Positions 10,119 to 19,061 of a stretch of 64,000 nucleotides of DNA are shown here, one piece after another. Both the position numbers and the translations under genes were made by a program. Position 1 is the first letter of the stretch. Each line of letters opens with the position of its first letter. Under the pieces are notes generated by a model, which saw nothing but the letters and a program-made list of their open reading frames with translations, had not been told where the DNA came from and did no database searches. Origin of the DNA: an uncultured Chloroflexia bacterium (lineage in GTDB: Bacteria > Chloroflexota > Limnocylindria > Limnocylindrales > CSP1-4); contig CAWEYL010000006.1 in NCBI GenBank assembly GCA_963813335.1, positions 64,001-128,000 on the forward strand. The letters run 5' to 3'.

Positions 10119-10329
10119 CCGATAGCGGGAACGCAGGACGCGCGGTGACGGGATCTCCCCTGAGGATACGCCTGCGTGGCTGGTGTTGAGCACGTGATCC
10201 CCGGCTGGTCGACCGCGGCGACGATGGGGGTATCGGCGGTCCGGGGTGGGGACGTCCGACCCGGGTAGATGTTTCAGCCGCAGCGTGTTCCAGCCGCGGG
10301 CGGGCTCGATCGGCTGCTACGATCGCTCG

Positions 10330-11751
10330 ATGAGCGACGGCACGCCGACCGCACCGTCCGCGATCCGCATCGAGCGCGACTCGATGGGCGAGATGGCCGT
10401 CCCGGCCGACGCGCTCTACGGCGCGTCGACGCAGCGAGCGGTGCTCAACTTCCCCATCTCCGGCCAGCGGTTCCCGCGCCGGTTCATCGGGGCGCTCGCG
10501 CTGGTCAAGGTGGCCGCGGCCGAGACGAACGGGGCGCTCGGGCTGCTGGACGCCGACGTCGCCGACGCGATCGCCGCTGCGGCGCGCGAGGTCGCCGACG
10601 GCGGGCACGACGACCAGTTCCCGATCGACGTCTACCAGACCGGCTCGGGCACCTCGACCAACACGAACATGAACGAGGTGGTCGCCCACCTGGCCGCGGC
10701 GCGGCTGGGCGGCGGCCGCACGGTCCACCCCAACGACGACGTCAACCGCTGCCAGAGCTCGAACGACACGATCCCGACCGCGCTCCAGCTCTCCGCCGCG
10801 ATCGCCATCGAGGAGGCGCTGCTGCCCGGCCTCGAGCGCCTGCACACGGCCCTCGTCGCGAAGGAGAAGGAGCTCTGGCCGGTCGTCAAGACCGGGCGCA
10901 CCCACCTCCAGGACGCGACGCCGATCCGGCTCGGGCAGGAGTTCCGCGGGTATGCCGGCCAGGTCGAGGAGTCGCTCCGCCGGGCCAAGGCCGCCCAGGC
11001 GGAGCTGCTGTCGGTGCCGCTGGGCGGGACCGCGGTGGGGACCGGGATCAACGCCCATCCCGAGTACGCCCTGCGTGCGTGCGCGCGCCTGTCCGCCCTG
11101 ACCGGGCTCGACGTGCGCGAGACGTCGAACCACTTCCACGCCCAGTCGACGCTCGATGCCGCCATCGCCGCCCATGGCGCGGTCCGGGCGATCGCGCTGA
11201 GCCTGTGGAAGATCGCCAGCGACGTCCGCCTGATGGGGATGGGGCCGCGGGCGGGCATCGCCGAGGTGGCCCTCCCCGAGACCCAGCCCGGGTCGTCGAT
11301 CATGCCCGGCAAGGTGAACCCGGTCATCGTCGAGTCGCTGACGATGGTCGTCGCGCGGGTCGTCGGCAACGACGCGACGGTCGGGTTCGCCCAGACCGGC
11401 TCGCTCCTGGAGCTCAACGTGATGCTGCCGGTGACCGCGGTCGCCCTGCTCGAGTCGGTGACCCTCCTCGGGGCGGCGGCGGCCAACTTCAGCGAGCGCT
11501 GCATCGAAGGCCTGACCGCGACGGCCCGCGGGCCGCAGCTCGTCGAGCAGGGGCTGATGCTCGCGACCGCGCTGGCACCGGTCATCGGCTACGACGAGGC
11601 GGCGACGCTGGCCAAGGAGGCGCTCAAGAGCGGGCGCACGATCCGCGAGCTGGCGCTCGAGCGCGGGATGGACCCGGCCGAGGTGGACCGCCTGCTCGAT
11701 CCGGCCGCCATGACCGAGCCCGGCCTCGGCGGCGGACCGGCCGGCGGCTGA
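10330..11751 (+). CDS. fumC: Fumarate hydratase class II
   Basis: RIERDSMGEM, QTGSGTSTNTNMNEV, GRTHLQDATP, GSSIMPGKVNP signature. Confidence 0.95.
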   Translation: MSDGTPTAPSAIRIERDSMGEMAVPADALYGASTQRAVLNFPISGQRFPRRFIGALALVKVAAAETNGALGLLDADVADAIAAAAREVADGGHDDQFPIDVYQTGSGTSTNTNMNEVVAHLAAARLGGGRTVHPNDDVNRCQSSNDTIPTALQLSAAIAIEEALLPGLERLHTALVAKEKELWPVVKTGRTHLQDATPIRLGQEFRGYAGQVEESLRRAKAAQAELLSVPLGGTAVGTGINAHPEYALRACARLSALTGLDVRETSNHFHAQSTLDAAIAAHGAVRAIALSLWKIASDVRLMGMGPRAGIAEVALPETQPGSSIMPGKVNPVIVESLTMVVARVVGNDATVGFAQTGSLLELNVMLPVTAVALLESVTLLGAAAANFSERCIEGLTATARGPQLVEQGLMLATALAPVIGYDEAATLAKEALKSGRTIRELALERGMDPAEVDRLLDPAAMTEPGLGGGPAGG

Positions 11752-11764
11752 CGGCTCGAGCACG

Positions 11765-12499
11765 ATGAGCGAGTCGACCACCCTCGCGACCATGCGCGAC
11801 TGGCGCCCGGAGGCCTATGGCCGGAAGGGCACCAAGCAGGTCGCGAACCCCATCATCGAACCCCTGTGGGTCGGGATGCGCGTGCTTGCCGGCCTCGATC
11901 ATGGGGACGTCGGCGGCGACGGGGCGTACGGCTCCGGCGGGGCGATCGGGATCATCGACGAGGACGGCGACCCGGTGCTCGACCGGCCCGCGGTCGAGGC
12001 CGCGCTCGCCCGCGCCGCCCGCGTCCGGAACCTGATCGTCGACGGCTATCTCACCAAGCAGGTCGCCCGCGACGGGACCGGCGTCTACGTCGGACCCGAG
12101 CCGATGTCGTTCTCGGTCAGCGACCGGATGACCCAGTTCTTCGTGGGCGGCCGGATCACCAAGACCGCCGAGCGGGTCGAGAAGCAGCGCCTGGTCTCCG
12201 AGGCCTCGATCTTCATGGATGACGACGTCGTCTGCCTCGTGATCGTCGACCTGCTCTGGCTCGACGGCGAGTCGCTGCTCGACGTGCCCCTGCTCGAGCG
12301 CAAGCGGCTGCTCGACGGGATCATCGAGGAGTCCGAGCTCGTGCGCCTCGGCGCCTACGTCCGTCCGCCGATCGACACCTGGATCGGGTCGTGGCGCGCG
12401 GTCGGCTTCCACGACCTGAGCTTCCGCGGCGCCAACAGCCGCTACCGGCCGGGCGCGGTCGGCGACGACTGGGCCACGGTGGCGATCCCCCGCCGCTAG
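11765..12499 (+). CDS. ATP-dependent DNA ligase adenylation-domain homolog, catalytically degenerate
   Basis: IIEPLWVGMR, IVDGYL, VDLLWLDGESLLDVPLLERKRLL, SRYRPG..W; no OB domain. Confidence 0.7.
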   Translation: MSESTTLATMRDWRPEAYGRKGTKQVANPIIEPLWVGMRVLAGLDHGDVGGDGAYGSGGAIGIIDEDGDPVLDRPAVEAALARAARVRNLIVDGYLTKQVARDGTGVYVGPEPMSFSVSDRMTQFFVGGRITKTAERVEKQRLVSEASIFMDDDVVCLVIVDLLWLDGESLLDVPLLERKRLLDGIIEESELVRLGAYVRPPIDTWIGSWRAVGFHDLSFRGANSRYRPGAVGDDWATVAIPRR

Positions 12500-12580
12500 G
12501 TCGCGGCGCGGGCGCCGCCGGCGCCGCCGCCCGTGGCACCCCGCATGGCACGCCCACCACCATGATGGTACGGTGGGCTC

Positions 12581-13996
12581 GTGCCCCAGACCGCCCTGAC
12601 GCCGGCCATCCGTGACGAGATCGCGCGTCTTGGCCAGGCCGACATCATGGTCGGGATCCCGAGCTTCAAGAACGCCGCGACCATCGGCTACGTCGTCCGG
12701 GCCGCCCAGGCCGGCCTCGTCCAGTACTTCCCGGACCTCCACCCGGTCGTGGTCAACTCGGACGCCGGCTCCCCCGACGGCACCGGCCGGGTCGTCATCG
12801 AGACCGAGCCGCCGGACTACGTCGAGCAGATCCTCCTCATCCGGCCCAGCCAGCGCCTCGAGCGGGTCAGCCTGACCTACCCCGAGATCGACGGCGTCGG
12901 CGGCAAGGGTGCCGCCCTGCGCACCATCTTCGAGATCGCCGCCGCGCTCGAGGTCCAGGCGCTCGTCGTCGTCGACTCCGACCTGCGCAGCATCGTCCCC
13001 GAATGGATCGAGCTCCTCGCCGGCCCCATCCTCAAGGGCGGCTACGACTTCGTGGCGCCGCTCTACGCCCGCTACAAGTACGACGGCACGATCACCAACA
13101 CGGTCACGTATCCGCTGACGCGAGCGCTCTACGGCCATCGCATCCGCCAGCCGATCGGCGGCGACTTCGGGGTCTCCGGGGACCTCGTCCGCCACTACCT
13201 CCAGCTCGACGACTGGACGCCGGACATCAGCAAGTTCGGCATCGACATCTGGATGACGACGTCTGCCCTGGCCGGCGGGTTCGCGGTCTGCCAGACGCGG
13301 CTCGGGGCCAAGATCCACGACCCGAAGGACCCCGGGTCCGACCTCGGGCCGATGTTCCGCCAGGTCGTCGGCACGATCCTGCGGCTGGCCGACCGCTACG
13401 CCGACCACTGGCTGCCCATCAGCGGCAGCCACGACGTCCCGGCCTACGGCTTCGAGCGGATCATCGACCCGCCGCCGCTCGAGGTGAACACGCTCCGGCT
13501 GCTGTCCGAGTTCCAGGCCGGCTCGCTGACCCTCGCGGACTCGTGGCGGCACATGCTCGCGCCGGCCACCGCCGAGACCGTGCTGACCCTCGCCAGGGAG
13601 GCCGGCACGCTCGCGGACACGGCGCGCTCGAAGCTCGGCATCGGCGGTGACGTGGCGTCGACGTCGGCGACCACCCTCGAGATGGCCGAGGCCGTCTCGA
13701 CGTTCCACTTCCCGGACGACCTGTGGGCCCGCGTCGTGTACGACCTGGTCGTGGCCGCCCGGAGGTCCATCGAGGGTCCGGATGCGGGCGCCGCCGTCGA
13801 GACGATGGTCGCCGCGCTCGTGCCCATCTACTTCGGCCGTGTCGGCTCCTTCGTCATCGAGAACCGCGCGGTCCCGACCGACGCCGCGGAGGACCGGGTC
13901 GAGCGTCAGGCGCGCGAGTTCGAGCTCCTCAAGCCGTACCTGATCGAGCGCTGGGAGACCGCCGGCGCCGAGCTCGCTGCAAACCGGCCGCGATGA
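12581..13996 (+). CDS. Glycosyltransferase, glucosylglycerate synthase (Ggs)-like
   Basis: VGIPSFKNAATI, DAGSPDGT, GKGAALR, VDSDLRSI, RYKYDGTITN, RQPIGGDFG, FGIDIWMT. Confidence 0.8.
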   Translation: MPQTALTPAIRDEIARLGQADIMVGIPSFKNAATIGYVVRAAQAGLVQYFPDLHPVVVNSDAGSPDGTGRVVIETEPPDYVEQILLIRPSQRLERVSLTYPEIDGVGGKGAALRTIFEIAAALEVQALVVVDSDLRSIVPEWIELLAGPILKGGYDFVAPLYARYKYDGTITNTVTYPLTRALYGHRIRQPIGGDFGVSGDLVRHYLQLDDWTPDISKFGIDIWMTTSALAGGFAVCQTRLGAKIHDPKDPGSDLGPMFRQVVGTILRLADRYADHWLPISGSHDVPAYGFERIIDPPPLEVNTLRLLSEFQAGSLTLADSWRHMLAPATAETVLTLAREAGTLADTARSKLGIGGDVASTSATTLEMAEAVSTFHFPDDLWARVVYDLVVAARRSIEGPDAGAAVETMVAALVPIYFGRVGSFVIENRAVPTDAAEDRVERQAREFELLKPYLIERWETAGAELAANRPR

Positions 13997-15903
13997 CCGC
14001 CAAGCCGCCCCTCCCCGGCCGCATCCTCATCCCGGTGGCGAACCCCATGACCGCCGAGGAGCTGATCCGCCTCGGGGCCGCGATGCTCGACCCCAAGCAC
14101 GGCGAGATCTCGGCGCTCGGCATCGTGGAAGTCCCCGAGGGCATGCCGCTGTCCGAGGGCGCGACGCGCGCCCGCCACGCCCGCCGGCTGCTCCAGCGGG
14201 TGCTCGACTACGCCCCGACCGGGACGACGATCCACCCCATCGTGCGCATCGGCCGGCACGCCGCCGAGGGGATCGTCGAGGCGTCGGCCGAGCAGGAGGC
14301 CGACCTCATCATCTTCGGGTGGGGCGGCCGGACCGGCAGCAACCGCGAGGGCAGCGGCACGTCGGTCGTCTCGCCGACGATCGACGAGGTCGTCCGCGAC
14401 GCCCCGTGCGACATCGCGGTCGTCAAGCAGCGCGGAGCCAAGGAGATCAAGCGCATCCTGGTGCCGGTCCGCGGCGGCCCCCATGCCGAGCTGGCGATCC
14501 GCTATGCCGACGCGATCGGGCGCTACCACGACGCCACGGTGGTCGTCCTCCACCTCGTCCCGCCCGGGATCACGCTGGCGGTCCGCGCCCAGGCCGAGCG
14601 CGCGCTCGCGGCCTTCGTCAAGCAGCACCTCCACGGCCGCGGCGAGGCCCTCCTGCGCGAGGCGCCCAACGTCCGCAACGCCATCCTGCGCGAGGCCGAG
14701 AAGGCGGACCTGGTGGTCATGGGCGCCTCGGCGCACCCGGGCACCACGGGCGGGGAGACCCGCCTCTTCGGGGCGCTCCCGGAGTCGATCGCCCTGCGCG
14801 CCCGACCGTCGGTCGTGGTCGTGCGCACCCGCGAGACCATCGGCCGCACCACGTTCGAGCAGCTCGCGTCGCGGGCCGAGACCCTCGCCGCCGCCGACCG
14901 GGCCGCCGAGGAGGCCCGCGCGGTCCCGGCCCGCGTCGAGCGCTGGTTCGGCGAAGCCAACTTCCACCACGCGGAGTTCTCGGACCTGCGCCGGCTGGTC
15001 ACGCTCAAGGAGAAGCAGGGCCTCACGATCAGCCTGGTCCTGCCGACCCTCGACGAGGAGGAGACGATCGGCCCGATCGTCCGCAAGGCGATGCGCGAGA
15101 TGGTCGGCCGGGTGCCGCTGCTCGACGAGGTGCTGGTCATCGACTCCGCCTCGACCGACCGGACCCGCGAGATCGCCGAGTCCGAGGGCGCGCGCGTCGT
15201 CCAGCATCCCGACGTGCTCACCCGCTACGGCTCGTTCCGGGGCAAGGGCGAGGCGCTCTGGAAGTCGCTCTACGAGACCAGCGGCGACATCGTCGTGTGG
15301 GCCGACACGGACGTCCGCAACTGGCACCCGCGGATGGTCTACGGGACGGTCGGCCCGCTCCTCCACGAACCGAGGCTGCAGTACGTGAAGGGCTACTACC
15401 AGCGCCCGATCGTGGAGGGCGGCGTCCTCAAGGAAGGCGGCGGCGGGCGCGTGACCGAGCTCGTGGCGCGACCCCTGATCAACCTCTTCTACCCCGAGCT
15501 GTCTGGGATGATCCAGCCGTTGAGCGGCGAGTACGCCGGGCGGCGCTCGCTCCTCGAATCGATCCCGTTCTTCACGGGCTACGCGGTCGAGATCGGGCAT
15601 CTCATCGACGTCGCGGAGCGGCTCGGCATCGAGGGCCTCGGGCAGGTCGACCTGGAGCGCCGCATCCACCGCAACCAGGAGCTGGAGGGGCTCAGCCGCA
15701 TGTCGTTCGTGATCCTGCAGGCCGTCATGAAGCGGCTCGAGGAGCGGCGCAAGGCGCGGCTGTTCGCCGAGATGGGGTCGACGATGAAGCTGCCGCGCTC
15801 CGGGCACGGACGGCTCTCGCTCGAGGTCATCGAGCTGGCCGACCAGGAGCGCCCGCCGATGATCCGCATCCCCGAGTACCTGGAGCGCCGCCAGCCGCGA
15901 TGA
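13993..15903 (+). CDS. gpgS: Tandem universal-stress-protein domains fused to glucosyl-3-phosphoglycerate synthase
   Basis: Two USP domains (RILIPVANP; RILVPVRGGPHA), then SLVLPTLDEE, GKGEALWKSL, DTD, GGGRVTELVARP, QPLSGEYAG, HRNQ. Confidence 0.85.
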   Translation: MTAKPPLPGRILIPVANPMTAEELIRLGAAMLDPKHGEISALGIVEVPEGMPLSEGATRARHARRLLQRVLDYAPTGTTIHPIVRIGRHAAEGIVEASAEQEADLIIFGWGGRTGSNREGSGTSVVSPTIDEVVRDAPCDIAVVKQRGAKEIKRILVPVRGGPHAELAIRYADAIGRYHDATVVVLHLVPPGITLAVRAQAERALAAFVKQHLHGRGEALLREAPNVRNAILREAEKADLVVMGASAHPGTTGGETRLFGALPESIALRARPSVVVVRTRETIGRTTFEQLASRAETLAAADRAAEEARAVPARVERWFGEANFHHAEFSDLRRLVTLKEKQGLTISLVLPTLDEEETIGPIVRKAMREMVGRVPLLDEVLVIDSASTDRTREIAESEGARVVQHPDVLTRYGSFRGKGEALWKSLYETSGDIVVWADTDVRNWHPRMVYGTVGPLLHEPRLQYVKGYYQRPIVEGGVLKEGGGGRVTELVARPLINLFYPELSGMIQPLSGEYAGRRSLLESIPFFTGYAVEIGHLIDVAERLGIEGLGQVDLERRIHRNQELEGLSRMSFVILQAVMKRLEERRKARLFAEMGSTMKLPRSGHGRLSLEVIELADQERPPMIRIPEYLERRQPR

Positions 15904-15905
15904 GG

Positions 15906-16001
15906 GCGTTCCGTGCCGGGTCGGCGTTCCGTGCCGGGTCCGCGGTCCGTGCCGGGTCGGCGGTCCGTGCCGGGTCCGCGGTCCGTGCCGGGTCCGCGGT
16001 C
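15906..16001. repeat. 18-bp tandem repeat, 5 copies plus a partial copy
   Basis: GCG(T/G)TCCGTGCCGGGTC(G/C) repeated head-to-tail with no spacers. Confidence 0.9.
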
Positions 16002-16017
16002 GCACCCTTGGCCGCCC

Positions 16018-16197
16018 GCATATGCCGCTCATTCATATCCCTCGCACAGCGACGGACGGAAGGACGCGGAGCGATCAACCCAAGCCACCCGAAAACGCTC
16101 GGCCGAGCGCGCTCACGCTCGTTGACCGACCGGTTCGGGATCGAATCCGAGCCTTCAGCCCTCCCGACCGCAGAGGTTAGGAATGACCCGCATATCC
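16018..16197. repeat. Non-coding element with imperfect ~28-bp terminal inverted repeats
   Basis: GCATATGCCGCTCATTCATATCCCTCGC vs reverse complement of 16170-16197, GGATATGCGGGTCATTCCTAACCTCTGC. Confidence 0.45.
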
Positions 16198-16258
16198 GTA
16201 TCGGTACGCGTGCCGTCGCGAGCCCGCCGCCGGTCGCCAGCCCGGCCCCGGTCGCGCC

Positions 16259-16792
16259 GTGACGCTGCACCGCGTCGTGGCCCTGACGGCCGACGAGTAC
16301 GAGGCCGCGATCCCCGGGCTCGGGGCGCTGCTGGTCGACGCGGTCGAGGGCGGGGCCGGGGTCAACTTCCTCGCCGGCGTGACCGTCGAGGAGACGTCCG
16401 CGTGGTGGCGCGCCCGGCTCGGCGCGGTCCGCGACGGCACGATCACCGCGTTCGTGGTCCGCGACGCCGACGACCCCGCGCGCATCCTCGGCTCCACGAT
16501 CCTCATCCGCTCCACGAACCCGAACTCCCCGCACCGCGCGGAGATCGGCAAGGTCATCGTCCACCGCTCGGCCCGGCGGCGGGGGCTCGGGCGGGCACTG
16601 ATGGAGGCGGCCGAGGACGCCGCCCGCGCCGAGGGCCGCTGGCTGCTCCTGCTCGATACGGCGGCTGGCAGCGACGCCGAGGCGATGTACCGCGCGCTCG
16701 GCTGGCAGGCGTTCGGGCAGGTGCCGAACCACGCGATGCTGGTGGACGGGACGCTCTCGACGACCACCTACTTCTGGAAGGACCTGCGGTGA
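16259..16792 (+). CDS. GNAT N-acetyltransferase
   Basis: PHRAEIGKVIVHRSARRRGLGRALM, LLLLDT, MYRALGW. Confidence 0.9.
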   Translation: MTLHRVVALTADEYEAAIPGLGALLVDAVEGGAGVNFLAGVTVEETSAWWRARLGAVRDGTITAFVVRDADDPARILGSTILIRSTNPNSPHRAEIGKVIVHRSARRRGLGRALMEAAEDAARAEGRWLLLLDTAAGSDAEAMYRALGWQAFGQVPNHAMLVDGTLSTTTYFWKDLR

Positions 16793-17934
16793 GCGCGGAT
16801 GGCGCGGCGACCGATGGCGCCACGCCCCATGCCGCCGCGGCCGATGCCGCCGTGACCGGCGCCGCGACAGGCGCCGACCGTCCCCGAACGATCCTCGTCG
16901 CGCCCGACTCGTTCAAGGGCTCGCTGACCTCGGTCGAGGTCGCTCGCGCGCTGGCGGACGGCTGGGCCCGCGCCCGCCCCCGGGACGAGATCGTCCTGTC
17001 GCCGCTGGCCGACGGCGGGGAGGGCACGCTCGCCGCGGTCGAGGCCGCCGGCGGCTGGCAGACCGAGACGGCCACCGTCCACGACCCGCTCGGCCGGTCG
17101 ACCCAGGCTCGCTGGCTGCGATCCGCGGACGGCGCCCGTGCCTTCATCGAGATGGCCGAAGCATCCGGCCTCTCGCGCGTTCGCCCGGACGAGCGCGACC
17201 CGATCGGCGCGACCAGCATCGGCACCGGCGAGCTCATCGCCGCGGCCGCGAGCGCCGGCGTCAGCCACATCACGCTCGGCATCGGCGGCAGCGCGACGAC
17301 GGACGGCGGCCGGGGCCTCATCGCGGGACTGGGCGACACCGGCCCGGTGGAGCTCGCCGTCGCCTGCGACGTCTCGAATCCGCTCCTCGGCGCGAGCGGT
17401 GCCGCGGCCATCTACGGCCCGCAGAAGGGCGCGACGCCGACCCAGGTGATCGAGCTGGACGCACGCAACGCCGCGTGGGCCGACGACCTCGAATCACGCG
17501 AGGGCAGGCGCGTCCGTGACACGCCGGGTGCCGGGGCCGCCGGCGGCGTCGGCTTCGCCCTGCTCGCGATCCAGGACCGCTTCACGTCGTTCGCCCTGCG
17601 CCCCGGCGTCGAGCTCGTGATGGAGGCGACCGACTTCGACGCCAAGCTCGCCCGCGCGGATCTCGTGATCACCGGCGAGGGCCGGATCGACGCCCAGACG
17701 GCGTTCGGCAAGACCGCGCTCGGTGTCGCGCGGCGCGCCCAGGCGGCGGGCGTCCCGTGCATCGCCGTCGGTGGCGGCGTGGAGCCCGAGGGCATCGCGG
17801 CCCTGGCCGCCGTCGGCGCGGCCGCCGTTCCCGTCTCGATCCCGCCGCTTCCGATCGAAGAGGCGATGGCCGCCGGCGCCGCTCCCCTCGTGCGCTGCGG
17901 GGAGCGACTGGCGGCCTCGCTCGTGTCAGGCTGA
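16789..17934 (+). CDS. Glycerate kinase (GlxK/GarK family)
   Basis: VAPDSFKGSL, PLADGGEGT, EMAEASG, GIGGSATTDGG, GPQKGA, TGEGRID.QT.FGK. Confidence 0.92.
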   Translation: MSADGAATDGATPHAAAADAAVTGAATGADRPRTILVAPDSFKGSLTSVEVARALADGWARARPRDEIVLSPLADGGEGTLAAVEAAGGWQTETATVHDPLGRSTQARWLRSADGARAFIEMAEASGLSRVRPDERDPIGATSIGTGELIAAAASAGVSHITLGIGGSATTDGGRGLIAGLGDTGPVELAVACDVSNPLLGASGAAAIYGPQKGATPTQVIELDARNAAWADDLESREGRRVRDTPGAGAAGGVGFALLAIQDRFTSFALRPGVELVMEATDFDAKLARADLVITGEGRIDAQTAFGKTALGVARRAQAAGVPCIAVGGGVEPEGIAALAAVGAAAVPVSIPPLPIEEAMAAGAAPLVRCGERLAASLVSG

Positions 17935-17940
17935 CGTCCC

Positions 17941-18780
17941 ATGGCTGAGCCGACCCGCCTCCCGAAGCCCAAGCCGAAGCCGCGCCCGAGGAAGCGCAAG
18001 TTCTCGGATCCCGCGCGCACGTACGCGAAGCGCCTCGAGCGCTACCGGCCCGGGCTCGTCCCGTTCGTCCTCGACGCCCTCGCGGAGCGCTACGGCCGCG
18101 AGCCGTGGGCGCGCCGACTCGACCCCACGAGCGAGCTGATCCTGACGATCCTCACCCAGAACAGCGCCGACACCAACGCCGAGATCGCCTTCCAGCTCCT
18201 GCGCGACGCCTACCCGTCCGGCCTGGAGGTGCAGGTCCACGTGCCCGGCATCGGCTGGGGCGGGATCGGGCTGCCACCGGGCGCGCCGCCGGACTGGGCC
18301 GCGGTCGAGGCCGCGCCGATCCCCGAGCTGACCCATGTGATCCGGCCGGGCGGCCTGGCCAACCAGAAGGCGCCGCGGCTGCAGGCCACCCTTCGCTACA
18401 TCCGCGAGCAGCGGGGCGACTACTCGCTCGAGTTCCTCGGCGACATGACCGCCCTGGACGCCCGCGCCTGGCTCACGCAGATCGATGGCATCGGCAAGAA
18501 GACCGCCTCGGTGCTGCTGATGTTCTCGTTCGGGATGCCGCTGATGCCGGTCGATCGCCACGTCGAGCGCGTTTCGAAGCGCGTCGGACTGATCCCCGCG
18601 AAGACCTCGGCCGACGACGCCCACGACCTGTTCCTCGCGATGCTCGAGCCGGACCAGATGTACGAGGCGCACGTCAACCTCATCCATCACGGACGCGTCG
18701 TCTGCCACGCCCAGCGCCCCGCGCACGAGCTCTGCCCGCTCCGCGAGCGCTGCCGCTTCGTCGACCCGAAGGCGCCCTGA
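17941..18780 (+). CDS. nth: Endonuclease III family HhH-GPD glycosylase
   Basis: LILTILTQNSAD, GIGKKTASVLL, PVDRHVERV, C-terminal Fe-S loop CxxxxxxHxxCxxxxxC. Confidence 0.85.
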   Translation: MAEPTRLPKPKPKPRPRKRKFSDPARTYAKRLERYRPGLVPFVLDALAERYGREPWARRLDPTSELILTILTQNSADTNAEIAFQLLRDAYPSGLEVQVHVPGIGWGGIGLPPGAPPDWAAVEAAPIPELTHVIRPGGLANQKAPRLQATLRYIREQRGDYSLEFLGDMTALDARAWLTQIDGIGKKTASVLLMFSFGMPLMPVDRHVERVSKRVGLIPAKTSADDAHDLFLAMLEPDQMYEAHVNLIHHGRVVCHAQRPAHELCPLRERCRFVDPKAP

Positions 18781-19061
18781 CCCACGGGCCTGGACCGGGC
18801 CTCCGGACCGGTCCCGCGACCCTGCGCCGACCCCGGACCCACCCCGGACGTTCGGCACATCCGGCGACCTCCCCGTATCATGCTGATTCGCCCCGGACCC
18901 CTGCCGACCGCACCGGCGGGTGGTGCGCCCGACCACCGATTTCGACGTTTCGGGCCCCACTGCAGAAAGGTCTCAGGCAAGGTTCACGTGCGGTACTTGT
19001 GGGCCGCACCACATAGGACGAAAGTCCGCCTTCAGCGGACGCTTCGAAGGGGAGTCCCGAC

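Noticed and set aside
15906-16001. Possible CRISPR array
   Set aside because: Repeats are contiguous with no spacers, and no cas genes were recognised in the window.
9700-16032. Long antisense or alternative-frame ORFs (e.g. 9700-11793, 11624-13708, 13906-16032; likewise 37876-40359, 40665-43250, 50091-51986)
   Set aside because: Shadow ORFs typical of high-GC DNA, overlapping well-supported genes and lacking motifs.
16183-17934. 583-aa ORF suggesting an N-terminally extended glycerate kinase
   Set aside because: The extension is the alternative frame of the GNAT gene; the GTGA overlap at 16789 gives the real start.
18790-19060. c-di-GMP or other riboswitch upstream of the tad genes
   Set aside because: Only a GNRA hairpin is visible; I could not match a full riboswitch consensus. 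An Rfam scan would settle it.
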